Part shown: piece after piece, positions 1 to 14,851 of the stretch
Position numbering within the stretch: position 1 is the first letter of the stretch
Layout of the letters: each line of letters begins with the position of its first letter
Assembly: GCA_002633005.1 (NCBI GenBank)
Contig: NMRA01000137.1
Span: 124,001 to 188,000 of the forward strand
Direction: 5' to 3'
Source of the DNA: Phoronis australis
Taxonomy: Eukaryota > Animalia > Phoronida
Length of the DNA: 64,000 nucleotides
Translations under genes and position numbers: made by a program
Notes under the pieces: generated by a model
What the model was told of the DNA's origin: nothing
The model's input: only the letters and a program-made list of their open reading frames with translations
Databases searched by the model: none

Positions 1-1347
1 CTGCAAACACTATGGTTAGACAACCCGCCAAAACACACAGATTGGCAAACATTTCTTATTCGTCTTCTTGCCTGAAGTCCCTTTGTCGTTTTTCTCAGTT
101 GCAACACATGAATATCTGCAACAAAAATGCTTACATGAATACATGGGTCTAAAACTGGCTAAAATGTTAGCGCTTTTGCTAGCACTTATGCTAGGGGCAA
201 AAACGCCAGTCAATGTGCACGGTCGCAAGTGTGACTTTTACTGGCCATTCGAGAAACCCCCAAAATTACCCACGTTTTCACAAGAACTTTTGTAGCCAGA
301 CTGCTTACTTTGAACACAAGTGCACACGAGAGGAACACACAAGCGCACAGGATAGAGAACTTTGTTATATCAAGAGTTAACGTACTTTAACATCAATTTT
401 TGCTCAAAAAGCAATTTGGCTCATTACAAAACAAGCTAACTGAAGGCGAAAATGATCTCAAGGTAGACAGCACATTTGTTTGTCAAAATCACTAGCATTC
501 TCTTCTGCTCCTGTGAGTGTAATAAATCAAAGTAAGCAGTGCATGGTTCAAAAAGTGGTATATTTATCTATGGTATATCTAACAAACACAGCGAGGTCAC
601 TTTACCACTGCTCTCACTCATAATGGAAATAGGAGCTAAAAGAAAGCCAAACAAAGGATTTTTTATGTCTAGCCCCTTCAGCAAGATAACACCTTCAGAG
701 ACACACTCAGCTTTCTGTGATGAGAATAACAAAAGAAATGCCTAGACAGTCAAGTATTTGTGCATAGACAAAATCGCAAGACTTCCAGGCAGACTATTAA
801 CTCAATACACTGAAAAACATAAGAAAACAGAATCATGAGTATTTACTTTTGAAGCAATCATGCACATTTAGGATGTTAAATCACTATACAATACCAAAAA
901 ATCTGAATCTTAAAATTCTAACCCAACCAAACAGCAATCCAACAGAGGGGGTGGTTGGCAAACCACGGCCCTTCTTGAATGGGATTCATTCATTTGAAGA
1001 CGAAAATAGTTCAAAGCCACAAATTTTCTGAATGCCCCAAATTTTTTAAAATATTGTCACATCACATATCAAAAGTAATTACTTTTGTGCTGCATACTTT
1101 TAATGAGAAAATCCAAATTCACTAGTCGGCCATGTTGTATCCTAAAGTAGCGTAGCTGTGTTCAATATGCACATCAAGTCTTCGATATCTTTTTCAAGAA
1201 CACCCTCATTATTCCAATATGAGAGGCAACTGATTTCTGAACATGTAGGCTACACTCATTCCTATCACAAGGGCGATTTGTGTTACAAGAAATGTAACCT
1301 CAGTCTTTCGCAATGGTGGACGTTAGATCCAAAAATTTGTGGACAAG

Positions 1348-1586
1348 CAAAGGCAGATCTACAGGGAGGGGGTTCAGGGGTTCAAACCCCCTCGGGACAA
1401 GATCAAAAATAAAAATTGAAATAAAAAATCGCCAGAAAAAAAACGCAATTAGCTACTAAAAACCACAAAAAACCTTACATGGGAGAAGGGAAACCCTCTC
1501 CCGACCTTCCTTCCCCTCAGCGCTATGCGCCTCGGATTCACTCGAATCCCAAAACCCCCCTTACTGAAAACGTAGATCTGCCACTG
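1348..1586. mobile_element. Short TIR element (MITE)
   Basis: TIR core GGCAGATCTAC / GTAGATCTGCC with G-rich and C-rich subterminal arms; ACAAG on both flanks. Confidence 0.65.
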
Positions 1587-4500
1587 ACAAGCCATAAAAA
1601 ACTGAAAGTTTCCGGCAGTAACTCGTGCCTCCTGTTTATAGTCTCATGCTTCAAATATTCATCAGCATCATCTTTTTGTTTAATAGGAATCATTCTGTAA
1701 CACTCTTTACACGTGTAAGACTACAAAACCATCTTTCGCTATGCTCAGTTTCTCTGCAAGTCAAGATGGGACGAACAGACAGGGTCGAAATGCAATTTCT
1801 TTCATAAAATGTGAGATACTGGATATTACCGCGTCATAGTCGCCAAGAACTTGTAAAAATGCTGGAAAATTACCTTACTAATCCATAAAAAATAGCAAAG
1901 ATGTCCACCGCTTCAAGGACAAGACATATATTGGGAATGGGGACTGAGTCAATCGATGCCTGCACACTGCACACAGCAGTTTGATGTTCAGTGCAGCAGC
2001 CAATCAGTCAGCCTGCATTAAACCTAGTGAGGTTTATATCCTCAGACAATCAAAACATCATTGTGGTTTCCACACACTGTAGCCAATTTCTTTTGGTAAG
2101 GGACTAGTTCAACTTGCCAACAGCATCCGTTTGCCAGAAATCCATACAAGAATGACATGCTACCCTGGAAATACCATCAGAGCCGCCTAAATCAAAAAAG
2201 CTTTATTGATTTTTGCTGCAGTGGCGTCTGTAAAAATCGGAATAATGTTTGCATTGGAAGTGCATCCTGAAGGCAAACTGCAGCTATTGACTATGCAAAA
2301 ATATGTTGTTGAAACCAAGCGAGGAAAAGAAACGAACATGTATAAACTGTGAGGCAAATAAGGGCATGAACTTGGTGATGACCAATGGTGGAGACATTTT
2401 GTCAACTGTGGCGACCACTGGAATATGAGAAGGGTTAAAAAAGTTGTGATGTCCTGAGGGTCAGATAACGGTGGTGACCATCGAAGGGACTAAGGGGAGG
2501 AGAATTTCGATGGTGACACCTGAATGGTTATGCATTACTATTCTGGTACAAAAACGTTCATAAATGAGGTCCTGGCTCTTTAATTTTTTTGGGAGACTCA
2601 ACAGGCCACCAAGACATTTTGAATATTGAAAACAAATGTCACTTTCCCCGTTCCAACTTTCCTCAAAAGACACAACTCCCTTTCAGTGAGAACATTTAAT
2701 TCCACTCTGACAGGAGTAACGGTTAGAAGTTGCACATGAAACACAAATACTCAACGGAGAATCCGATTCAATTATGCCATCTGGTGTTTAACCTGGAAAT
2801 CTAGAAAAAAAAACTCCAATGTTGTTGGCTAGAGAGCAGTGCCTGGGAAAAGTAAGGAAAGTTGCCACAGTCCCAGTTTCCATAAGGGGGCGTGGGGGTG
2901 CAACAAAAGACACCAAAATCCAGCATAATATTTCTAACTCTTTCAACACTATCTCTATTTGATAATAACACAGTAATACAAAGCCTGACAAAGGAAAGTT
3001 TGTTGATACAAACCCCTAAGGGCAACCCACTTGATACATCTTGTTGAGTATCACTGACAAGAATAACAGAACTGGGAGACCACATGTCAACATGTATCCA
3101 TTAGAAGAGGGAAAACATGTCTGGCAATGAAAACAGGAAAACCTATTGACAGACAGATTGCCACATATCGACTGGAGAGTCTAGGATATCTCAAAAAGGC
3201 CCACTACAATAATGCCCATAGGAGAATAACAATGTCCACAAGAAAGACAGCACTTGAGGGGAAAGCAGTTTTTTAAATTGGTAATGACTGGAGGAGAGGA
3301 GGTTGGTCACCCAGGGTCCTGTCTAAATTCACAAATGATCCGTCTATTGTGAATAAGGAAATCTCCCAAACTTTTAACAGTAACTTTAACCAAACGCAAA
3401 TTTTAAAGGAAATTCCACACAATCAATTCCAGACAATCAATGCTTCTTATATAAACATTTTTTTCTTGTGCAAGCGACTATCAAAACATGAACTGAGTTT
3501 TGCCTTCCCAAACTTCCAACCATGAAAATCTGTAAAATTTCCTCCTGATGAATGAAAAACAAGTTTATTCACCCATTGCAAATAACCAGGACAATCATAT
3601 TTTTCGGGTGACTGGTTCATCTACATTAAAGTCATTATATAAAGTGAAATGTTAAATTAAAAAAATCAGGTTACCTGGTGGCCAACCTACGTACCTCGTT
3701 GGACAGAGAATCGCTCAATACCACTGCTTACCTTTTGCTCATTATGGTGGATCGATCCAGTTCACTTTTTATAATTGGATAAAAGGCTTTGTGTGTTTAA
3801 CAATATCATGTTACTTCAGGGAAGGCTGTAGCTATTGTGAAATTGTATATTGCACTAGGACAATTACCTAAAAGGTCAGCAATCTGTAACCTTAACCTGA
3901 ATTTGACTCCAAGTCAGTTGAAATCTTGTAATAAAATCTCGTCCATGCTGCCACCCAACACATTTTCGTATAGTGTCTCTTAAAGATTCAGTGGTGTGTT
4001 AGGCTAACTATTGCTTGAGAAGCTATCAAATTAAAGATTGAAAACACAATTCGAATTTTGTCTCAAATTAATAAAACTTAAGGTCATGTCCAGTGTCTGA
4101 AAAGATGTTATCCACCTTAAATACTTAGAACACTGAAGAAAAACGGTGTTTGCTTCAAACAGTCCATGAGAAACTATGTTCTGTTAGTTTTCTTGACACA
4201 TGTTGGATGCATTAGCAAAGCAGTGAAGGGTTTTAGGGAATGGCTTTAGTAAATAGCAACACCTCTCCTAAACAATCACAATGGTAAAATTTTTACAAAT
4301 TTCGAACAAATATAGCAACAAAAATCATTCTTTCTTCACTTTTCTAGAACTTGTAATATAGATGTGAAAACCAACAATTTCTCAAAATCACTGATGGTAG
4401 CTACGGTATAGCATTTATTTTGTGCAACTCATATTTTACAAAAAATGTGAAAAAAGTGAAAGACGTCCACTTGTTGTCCATATTACGTCTCAAATTGGTA

Positions 4501-7434
4501 AGATTTCAGCAGTTTTTTAATCACTCAATGCTTAATGCTGAAGTACTCCGTAGCTTTTCATCAGGTTTTGGCTCAATTCCCTGTAACTGCTTACAATTCT
4601 TTTGATTTGTTGACAAATTACCAAGGTGTTGTGCAGAGAGATGTTTAAATGGCTCCTGTGCTGGTATATGCTGTACAAAAGAAACAGCATCAACATTTTA
4701 GTGGCTATTTTCGTTAAATGGCCACTGTGTTCAGATTGGCACATGGGGTGACTTCATTCAAGTCCCAGCAGTGCTGGTTCTATGAATCATTCAATCGATG
4801 TTTTTGTAGTTGATGGAGGAGAGAACCAGCAGAGATAAAAAGGTGACTGGATGCCATATCTGTTAGTGTAATTCGTTGATGACTCTGCATATGAACTACA
4901 ATTGATTTACTATTGTATGAGGCAAGACATCTCCGTTTCCAGACTAGAATTTATCCAGGCGGTTCATATCTCCTCAGGGACACATCACCTGCACAAAACA
5001 GAGTTGTCAGCTTCACTACATACCCAGTTAGCAGAAATGATGATCCCTCCTTTAATAAAAGTTTGCTTCTGACAGAAGCCACGGGCTGATTTGTCTCTTT
5101 AAACTTAGAAACTCGGCAACTAGTGAGTGGTCATCAAACTGAAGTTGAACAGAACAGTGCGTGACTGAAAGTGAAATTGCTGTAGATCAGGGTGGCTCTT
5201 CAGCGGAGCCTTGACAGGTACATAAAATCCCAAAATTCTGAAAATCAGTTAAGGTAATAAGCGTTCAATTTGGGACCAAAAATTATATTTTTTTCCATTT
5301 TCACTTGCAATTGCATTGTTGCAAAAGTTGATAGTTTTACCATTTTGCTGCACTATAAAAAAAACATTCTAAAAAAGTAAAATTTTGCTTGACTGCCATA
5401 CTGCGTCTCAAGCTGAAGATTTTTTACGATAATTTATAGTCCTCAGGATTAAACATTCAAAGATTGATCTGTCACTGCCCCCTCCTTGCTCTTCCATTTC
5501 TCCAGTACATCAGAGCAAGCTTCAAAAACATCTGTGTTATGTAAACTGACAACAAATTACTCCCGATAGTGATGAATTCAGCAGACTTAATGGAAAAAAC
5601 AGGCACCGTTAGCAGCAAATGACCCTAAGCCACCATAACTAGCATTTAAACTTCAATTTTCAGGCCTGATTGACAGGCAAGGTTTGGGACCACATGTTAA
5701 TTGAGTCGAACTATAACTAGTTCTCTGAGTGAAGGCTGGCACCACACAGTGAAAGTGCCAGACAACCTAACATCACAATAGAAAATACGGTACCCCCATG
5801 AGTGTGCAAAAGAAACCACAACAAACTAGATAAAAGAACTATAGTTGCAAAAAAATCTCGAAAACGAAAAAAAATCTGATCACACCAAAACTCTTAACAT
5901 TGAATCATTTATACAACAATATTCAGATTATTTCTGTTTGAATAGGCAAGATTTACGCAGCCTGACACAATGATTGATTTTTCCATGGAAACGGAGAAAA
6001 TCAATACTGAATGCTAAATGACAGGACAGGATAAGGTACAATAAGTTGCAAATAATTTCAAATGATTAATCAAATTAAGAAGCAGCATTTCCAAAACAGA
6101 AACAAGTTTCCATTGAAGTAAGAGCATTAACCAGGATGAAGATGTAGACAAATTTGTGTTTCCAACCAAAGCTTGGAATTTTCAAGTCCTAAAACAACTT
6201 CAAGAACCAAAACCTCAAATTCCCGTCAAACAGCATTTTTCTCACCAGTAAAAGAAAATTTTGCTGCAGCTCAAAGCACGAAAATGAGCTAAAATTTCCA
6301 TGGCAACACCGTTCACATTTAAAGACAAGCTGGCTTACCTTCAAATGAACAAGTCTAACCCCTGATGCACCCTCTGAACATTTGGTGAAAAGTTTAGAGC
6401 AAGCCAGACCAAAGCAATGAATGAATGATCCAACAACCAGATGGGAACATGGTAACTCCAGACAATATAACTTCCATCGCCTTCAATCATTTCACAACCA
6501 GAAGAAAGAAAGTGGAAGCTTAGGGCCAATCCAGGGGATTAGTGAGACACTTAAGGAGGTACTTTACAGTAACGAGGCTGTTTATGAAAATGTCCAGGTG
6601 ACTGTGGATGGCTTCTAACAAACTAATTCTGCTGTCACAGACAATTCAGTTGGACAAACTGGAATTGAACAGCTTGGAAAATCTGCCAAAATGCCATAAA
6701 ACCAGATGAAATCAAATGAGACCGACTTCAGACAGGCCACTAATCCACGTGTGAGTCCAGAGGCTTGAACGGCCTCAGTGATTTCACTGCATGGTTCAGG
6801 CAATAGTCAGATATACTGTGCCTATATTTTGAGAACCAGTCTGATGCTCATTATTCAGAGGAGTAACTGGTTCTCAAAATGAGGGAACGTTATTTCCGAC
6901 CATTACCATGGTTTCTTGAAAGGAGACACTCTCCAGTGGGATATGTTGACAGGGCTGGTTTAACAAAAGAAATGTCCGAGTTGGTTTTTGTGCCTAGAAA
7001 AATCATTCCCATCTTCATATTATTTCTAAAGGTTAAGAGTTGAAATAGTTCATTAATGGCTTTGATGACACCAGCCTTTTCAGTGCAAACACATGCAGCC
7101 AAAATGTTTCAACTTGGTAGCTGAGTCAGTGGGCTACCAGATGTTCCCTCTAACAATGGTATGTATGACACACACAAGCTCCTGGTAATCACAAGTTCTC
7201 TTATGGACAAAAGAATTTTAATTCACTTAGACAGATAATTGGTATTATGTAATGTTTGTAAATTCCACACCAAAACTGTTGGGAGTGACCCCCAAGACAA
7301 ATTGCAAATTACACTAGCAGAGGGCCCGCTGGAAAAGAAGGGATACTAAACAGTAATTTCCCACTTATTTTGCACAATTTAAATTAAAAATGATAGCCTG
7401 GGTGTGCCAAACAAACTGAATATTCAAACTTTGT

Positions 7435-8395
7435 TAGTGAGGGGGTGTGCAAAATTAACTGAGTAACCAAGCATTGCCAACCGCGCGTGTGAATTTAACA
7501 AAGTGCTGTCAACAGTTGCCAATGTGATCTAATTAGCAGCAATTATAGTACTTTACCCCATCTTTGGCAAAACACTCTACTGAGCATATGACTCATAAGG
7601 CCCTTTCATATTGACTTAACTCCGGTCTGACGTAAACAGCGCAGTTAACTGGACCGTTCATACTGTCTTCGGTAGTTTATGAACATCGAAGTAAAGGGTT
7701 GGTGACGTTGACATCATCGAAGTTATTGCAAGGTATCGCTGCACGCTAAGATTTTTTCAATGTGACAATTTGGAACATTTAAATGTGCTAGATGACATTA
7801 AACTCGTTTTTAAATCGATTGGTTATCATTAAAGCAAAATATAAGTAGTTATTAGTGACGGCACTACTCTGAAACTGTTGACGATAACAGTGGCACCTGG
7901 CGATAACTTCGATTGGACCGGAGTTAAGCGTTCATACTGCACCGCAGCGTCGACGCTGCGGTCTTAAATCCACCTGTTAACTGCGATGTTAACTGGAGCT
8001 GTTAACTGCGATACAGGACCGTAGTTAAGCGTTCATACTGACCGCAACTCCCCAAACCATCAACGCGTCGACATTAGTATGAAAGGCCCTATAGTGACAC
8101 TGCACTCATCGAAGTCACATCTTTCACCTATGTTTTTACACCAGCAGAAGATAACTCATATGAATGGATGAATTAAGTAATGAAGATGCAATGTTCTGAC
8201 ATTATTAACACATTTGTCACTAGAATTAATGACAAGGCTTGGCACTGATATTTTTGAAAGTGCAAAACTGACTTTGAACAAATTTAGTGAGGCAAGAAAT
8301 TCCAAACAGCAAGAAACAAGTGTGAAGGACAAAATATTACTTTTAAAAATGTTTTGGGTGTGCAAAATGAGGTGAGTGTGCTAAATAAAGTGCTT
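7435..8395 (+). repeat. Old dispersed repeat, copy 1 (hosts the Harbinger-like MITE)
   Basis: Collinear with 18176-19115 once the nested elements are removed (GCAAAATTAACTGAGTAA...ACACTGCACTCATC...GGACAAAATAT). Confidence 0.65.
7598..8090. mobile_element. PIF/Harbinger-like MITE
   Basis: TIR AGGCCCTTTCATA / TATGAAAGGCCCT; 3-bp TSD ATA; internal CGTTCATACTG three times. Confidence 0.72.
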
Positions 8396-10839
8396 TCTGC
8401 ACACACACATATATCCCCCTGATATGAACAGAATTTGAAGAGGGATTTTTCATATCCTGGTAGCAACCCTTAAAGATTGGCGACACGGAGAAAATTAGAA
8501 AAGTTAAAACTACAAGGAGGAAAAAAAATGAGTCATCTTGCATGCAACAAAAAATCTCAAATTTAAGACAGGTCCAGAAAAATAATAATTACAAGACAAT
8601 AATGAGGATGTCAATGATTGGTGACGTAAATGATTGAAAAACTCCGGCCTTCTAGAACAAATGGTTATTAAGCATACAAAGGTGACATGAAAACAGTCAA
8701 CAAAAGAGCAGCAGTCAGTAAATCTTGAATAATCTGAAAATAAAAGAAGTTGCAGAGAAATTTCATTTCCCCAAATAAAAATGCTCTAGACAGCAAAAGT
8801 CAAATGAAAAAGTGTTTCAATATATTTCGAGTATCCGCCGACACCAATGTCGCCTATCCATGAGAAACAACCCTGCTGTTCCTGAAATGAACATGAGTAT
8901 GCCAACAGGTGATATCCCAGTGACACTTTACTTGTGAGGGAGGCGCTGGGGTTCATACATGATTTCAAAAATTGGTTCTCCGAAATGAGTTTTCCAATTT
9001 TTCAGGGCGTTCATGACCAACCACGTGGGACACCATTACCATGACCCCAATCAAATTGTGGTTCTAATGGAGACATGGTCTACCAATTACGTTTTTTGTA
9101 TCCTGTATAATTTCTAAACTGATTTTTTATTCTGAACAGAAGAGGAGTTGCCAGAGCTGTTGTTAGGAACTTAAAAGAGACACCTGGTCATACTTATCTA
9201 ATATTAGTTAAATTGCGCGGCCAAATGCTGAACAAGGCGTGCTAGCGAGGATATCTAAATTTCAGTTAGGGCGTCCATTTGGACACGCAGGAAACCCTCC
9301 AGATAAAGGCCTGTGGAGGCACTTGTGCTAGATTGGGCTTGTAAAAAGGGACCCAAGAAAAAGCAGCCCTTCTCAGTGTGCCGTGTCATACAGCACTTCC
9401 TTGAGACCAATAGCCAACAGCAATCCAGCTCATTAGCTGCAACAATAAATTGCCTGTACCCCAGCAGTGTCTGTTTCACATAATTTGCCAGAACTGTAAT
9501 AACATAGGGTGTAGAAAAACAAACGGTACATTTCCACTTAGCCAATCTGTCACCAGCTGGATACAAACTTGTACTTGGTGAGTGTTCTCAAAGGTTTCAG
9601 TGACTGGCTGCTTATGACTGGTTTCTGATAGCATTGAATTTGCTGTCCCCCAACAGTGCAAGGCCTCCGGAGGAAAAGATAGTGTTGGAAAGGCGGAGAC
9701 CTAAGAAGGGGCCTATTTGGGACAAATAGTCAACAGCCAATTTTCAAACCTTTATTGTGGATTGGACGGGAGAAGAAAATTTTTGATGATGACCACAATT
9801 TTAGGCATCGTGGTTCAATTTTGTTAGAAACATACGGTACATGTATTATAGACCTGTATGGGCAAAGCCCTGTTGTCCACAGCAACATAGTTTCAACTTC
9901 AAAGCAAACTTGAATACTTACAAGGGTAGACCAGTTCTTCCTACTTCCTCTACAGAGGGAAATTAAGCTTCACTGAAAAAATAAACAAACACGATTTTTA
10001 ACAGCAACAACAATAGCTCTCAACTGTATGAATCAATTTCAACTCCACACTAAGCCTTCGTCAATAATCATAGTGGAATACAAAATATAAATAAGGACTC
10101 AGAAAATATCAATGTTTGATAAAGAGATTTCCCCCCAGAGATGGGGTTGCAAGTTTTCTCTGCGGAGGGAGTCTCAAACTGTCAGCAGATGGTCGCTTCG
10201 GATAATTAGCAAACAACAAAGCAGAACTCCCAAAGTGCTCGTTAGGATTCTGATGCAATGATTGCAACTGTGTCTTCAGAAATATAACTCACACCAAACA
10301 AAAACGGGAAATTTGACTATAATATATTATTTAACTGTCCAGTGGCAAAAAGATCCCAGTCAGGATTCATTTAATTTTTATTTAACACAATTTTTGTCTT
10401 GCCAGCTGAAAACCTTTTAATTCACTATTCCCAAATTCCAATATTTCCACATATTCATCGCACGTGTAATGGTCAAAAGGGAAAAATGTAGTGAGTTGAA
10501 ATCTGCACAAACTCGTAAGGCCTCAGTGTCATCCAATATGGTGCAATATGTGCACAGGAATTGTTTGAGGAAAATAGTACTAATCTTTAATCTTGGGCAC
10601 CAAGACTTCAAGAAAGCAACATATCACAGGACAGTTTTTGCACTCAGAGACTGTTTGCTCAAGTGTCCTTTTTACAGAAATCAATAAACTAATTATGTTC
10701 GGTTCCGCAGATTGATTGATAGTTATATTATCTGGTCTGTGTGTCTGTAAATCTCCCACATAAGCATGTGTAAGTCTTCAATATACTTCACCAGGTTACC
10801 CTAATAAGGAGTAGTCATAAATACAATACCTCAGAACTA

Positions 10840-13720
10840 CCGTAAACGTTCGAGTTAATGCCCATGCTCAGTAAACTGCCCATCCCTTATTTTAGGTGGA
10901 TTTTCGATTTAACCGTCCACTGCTCGGTTGAGCGTACCCCTGCGATTTTTGAAGATTTCCAGTTAAGCGCCCACCTCTCGGTTAAGCGCCCATCCCCGAC
11001 TTTTAAATAATGAAGATTTAGCGCCCAGTGCTAAGGAAACGTGCGATTCCCCGACTTTTAGAAAAAGATCGATGATCACAAAGAGCGCAACGACGGCGGG
11101 CTTCCGAGACGATGATTAGTAATGTGAATTACAATTCAAGTAACGAGTTATTGTCATGGACTCATTTCAAAATATAATGCTTGAACGTTTTTGTCACTTT
11201 ATTTTCTTCCCATGTTGGCAAACCAAGACACAGTATTTATTAGACATTCCTATGCATGTGGTGGTCACTGTTCTGGATTTGAAGCTGCTTGATTGTTTAT
11301 ATCGTGTCATGACACTGATTTTTTTAAAAACATCTTGAAAACACAAGACAAAACTAAGGTTTGATAAGATAACTGGTTATCATTAAAAATAACCCTACCA
11401 AATTTTCAATACTGCAATCAAAAACAACATGATGTACCGAATACAACAACTTAAGGTGCTTTCCCATCAACATTTCCACTTCAGTTTAGAGGAGTGTCTG
11501 TCAGTGGGAACACATGAACCTCTTAAAATGAAGATAAAATTTCAAGTTTACTTTGCAGTAAACAGGTGGATTTGATAGTGAAGCATTATGTGACGGAAAC
11601 CATGGCATCCCTTCACTTTGGTATAGTGGAAGTTATCTCAAGGCATGACTACTGTCACCAACAATAGGTGGTGACTTGCGATAATTTCAATGATGATAGC
11701 GTTACCTAGCAATTATTCCAATGTGTCTTAAATACTGAAGCTGGTGGGATCCATCGCAAATAATGTCGATGTGTCAGTAGGCAAAGTAAATTGTATAGAA
11801 AAGCACCTTCAGAAAGATCAGGACTGCACTGTGCTTAGCAAGTTTGATAAAAAACAGACAGCAGCATATCAATATATAAGGAAGAAAAAAATATCACCCT
11901 TAAACAAACTATTTAAACATAACTGGTTAGCCTNCTCTGAAGGCTCACAGTGGGGGCTCTTTTCAAAGCAGGAAGAAATATACAATGTATATACAAAGTA
12001 TATACAATGTTGCTATGCTCACACTTGGCTGATAGCATTGTAAAAGTCTTGGTCTACACCAATTTTTTTATTAAAAATGCTCACTACAGAAGACTGTTTT
12101 TTAAACTTAGATGTAGAATTCTTAGTCTATGCATTTTTTGTGAAAAAATTTGTGTGTTTGGGGGGATTGCTGGGGATGGGGGGTTACGCGTCGGAATTAT
12201 GGACGCCCTGGAATATTGGGAACCTCATTTTGGACACCCTATTTTCGAAATCCTGGATGAAGGCCTGACGCGCGACTGTGTGAATTATCATTTCCACATC
12301 CCCTTTTTAGCCATCCAGAATAATTTTGTTTACACATTGGCCAGTTTCAGCTTGAACAAAAATTCTCACCATTCGAGTCTGAAATATCTATGACGTAGAC
12401 TGACTGAAAATTGGCGATAGTGGGTAGGAGATGCACACAGCTAACTACGGCCGTGGGCTTATGGAGCATCGAGCCTGGAAATATCGAAATAGACTTGACA
12501 TCGCAGTTTTGCGGAACATTGGCAACGTGGGAACATTGTAAAGAACTGGGTCTTTTGAACCAACACCTTAAAAGTACATAGTCATGCCCGTTTTTGTTAC
12601 TTAGGATTGTCGCTATTCTCTTTGGCGACTTTGCTGAATCCCGCTGCTATCTTTGGCCATAAAAAACGATATGCATATCGAAAGAGGCCGTTATATTACT
12701 TGACGGCATTTCCAGCCGACTGAGACATTGCGCGCTAACAGCGGGACCGAATAGTGCCGCAGTGCCATATTGCAAGTGATATAAATAGGATAATCTGGAC
12801 ATCTTGCATGAAAAATAAATGTTTTTCCACCACGAAATTTGGTAAGGTGATCGTTTAAGAATGAATTGAAACATCGCTGTTTTGTGGCGTATTATCACAT
12901 ATTTATGTCGTGGCTCAAAATTTTAATCTTGATTGACGAGTGGCTCATGGCCGCTTAACCCCGATTCTTGTCTTGGACCTAGTTCTTTGCCGAGCATGTT
13001 TGGCGCAACAGCAAGTGAGCAATACTGGGCGGTCGAGATAAAACAGCTAGCCACAGAACCATACGCTGAAAATGTCATTGAGTCACGGAGTGTCGACTAT
13101 AAACATCCCAAACACAAAAAACATCTGAATTAAGTTTTTCAGCATTTTATTTCAACTAATTTTAAAACTGCTCTCTGACTGAACTTGGTAACTAGTACGA
13201 GACTCTAACCATAAATTTGATGTCTGCTGTGACCTCTGCGACACGTGAAGCTTGCACGCGCACACTTTAGCAAGGTCACATCTTGAAATAGTTGAAATCC
13301 AAGTAGAGGCTGCGTGGTCACTGGTCGTCTGCGCTGTGCAGGGCAAAGTAACAAGACCACAGGACGGCACGGGGCTATTACTCAGCAATTCTGTAAATTT
13401 AATAGTGAATAACTAATCTGAGGGCAAAAGAACCTTTGTTGGGATCATCCGCTGTTATGACATTTTTCCCGTCACGTGGCGACGTGACGATAACGCTCTT
13501 TGAAAACTGCTACGCGCTCCGAGTGCGAGTGTGGTGTGGGGACTTAGATCACGAGGTAAGATTAACCGCCCAGGGCACTTGCCTATCGTAATAAGCGCCC
13601 ATGTTCGGTTAACCGCCCACCCTGGATTTCTTGAAATTTCACGTTTAAGCGCCCGTGTCTGGTTAACCGCCCACCCCCGATTTTTTGGGATTGCCAATTT
13701 AACCGCCCGAACGTTTACAG
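10840..13720. mobile_element. Tc1/mariner (pogo-type) non-autonomous element, interrupted by an assembly gap
   Basis: TA TSD; TIR CCGTAAACGTTCG / CGAACGTTTACAG; repeated TTAA(G/C)CGCCC subterminal motifs at both ends. The reconstructed target GAAC-TA-GTTC is palindromic. Confidence 0.7.
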
Positions 13721-14851
13721 TAGTTCCTCAACCAAAGATTCCTAAACTGTACTTCTAAATTCACATTTTAAGTCGCTACACCAGATGGCGTAGTTGATTC
13801 ACACAATCATTTGAATATATATATTGCGATTACTCCCACTCGGATTGGAATCAACCTTTCCCATTGCAGGGGATTTCTAGAAGTTCGCAATTTAACCCAC
13901 CTATTTTGAGAAAACTAGCCATGGCAGTTTAAGTCCAGAAGTTGTGCTTTTACACTGACCAAAACTCCACACAACCGAGGTGCAGCGTTCATGGAAAAGC
14001 AACATACCTCATTTTCGACTATGCATCAAGGCTGGCATAGAAACATCCTTGTGATACTAATTCAGTTAACAAGAGGCAAATTAATGTGTGGCAGTACATT
14101 TCAAATAAAATTCAATTAAACAAAGCAAGACACAGTATTTATTAGACATTCCTATGCATGTGGTGGTCACTGTTATGGATTTAAAGCTGCTTGACTGTTT
14201 ATATCGTGTCATGACACTGACTTTTTTAAAAACATCTTGAAAACACAAGACAAAACTGAGGCTTGATAAGACAACTGGTTATCATTAAAAATAACCCTAC
14301 CAACTTTTCAATACTGCAATCAAAAACAACATGATGTACTGAATACAACAACTTAAGGTGCTTTCCCATCAACAACTCCACTTCAGTTTAGAGTGTCTGT
14401 CAGTGGAAACGCATAAAATACCCTCTTAAAATGAAGTTAAAATTTCAAGTTTACTTTGCAGTAAACAGGTGGATTTGATAGTGAAGGATTGACATGTAAC
14501 GGATACCATGGCATCCCTTCACTTTGGTGTAGTGGAAGTTATCGCAAGGCATGACTACTATCACCAACAATAGGTGGTGACTTGTGATAATTTCAATGAT
14601 GATAGCATTACCTAGCAACCTAGCAATTATTCCAATGTGTCTTAAATACTGAAGCTGGTGGGATCCATCGCAAATAATGTCGATGTGTCAATAGGCAAAG
14701 TAAATAGTAAAGAAAAGTACCTTCAGAAATATAAGAACTGCACTGTGCTCAGCAAGTTAGATAAAAAAACAGACAGCAGCGTATCAATATACAGGGAAGA
14801 AAAAAAACTATCACCCTTAAACAAACTATTTAAAAATAACTGGTTAGCCTA
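11224..14851. other. ~710-bp direct duplication (11224-11933 vs 14126-14851) next to N11934, probably an uncollapsed haplotype
   Basis: The first copy stops exactly at the N. The copies differ at about 15 sites in the first ~310 bp, counted by eye. Confidence 0.75.
11935..12267 (+). mobile_element. hAT-like MITE, same family as 18549-19026, 3' part after the N
   Basis: Highly similar to ~18706-19026; ends GAAGGCCTG. Confidence 0.78.

Noticed and set aside
4009-4021. TATTGCTTGAGAA resembling the 5' part of miR-137
   Set aside because: The match breaks after 13 nt and no complementary star arm is visible.
5037-5089. C/D-box snoRNA-like ATGATGA...CTGA
   Set aside because: It is too short, has no convincing terminal stem, and has no recognisable rRNA guide.
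11950-12393. 147-aa ORF and similar ORFs near 18887 and 26408
   Set aside because: They lie in hAT-like MITE copies, their frames are not kept between copies, and they show no transposase motifs.
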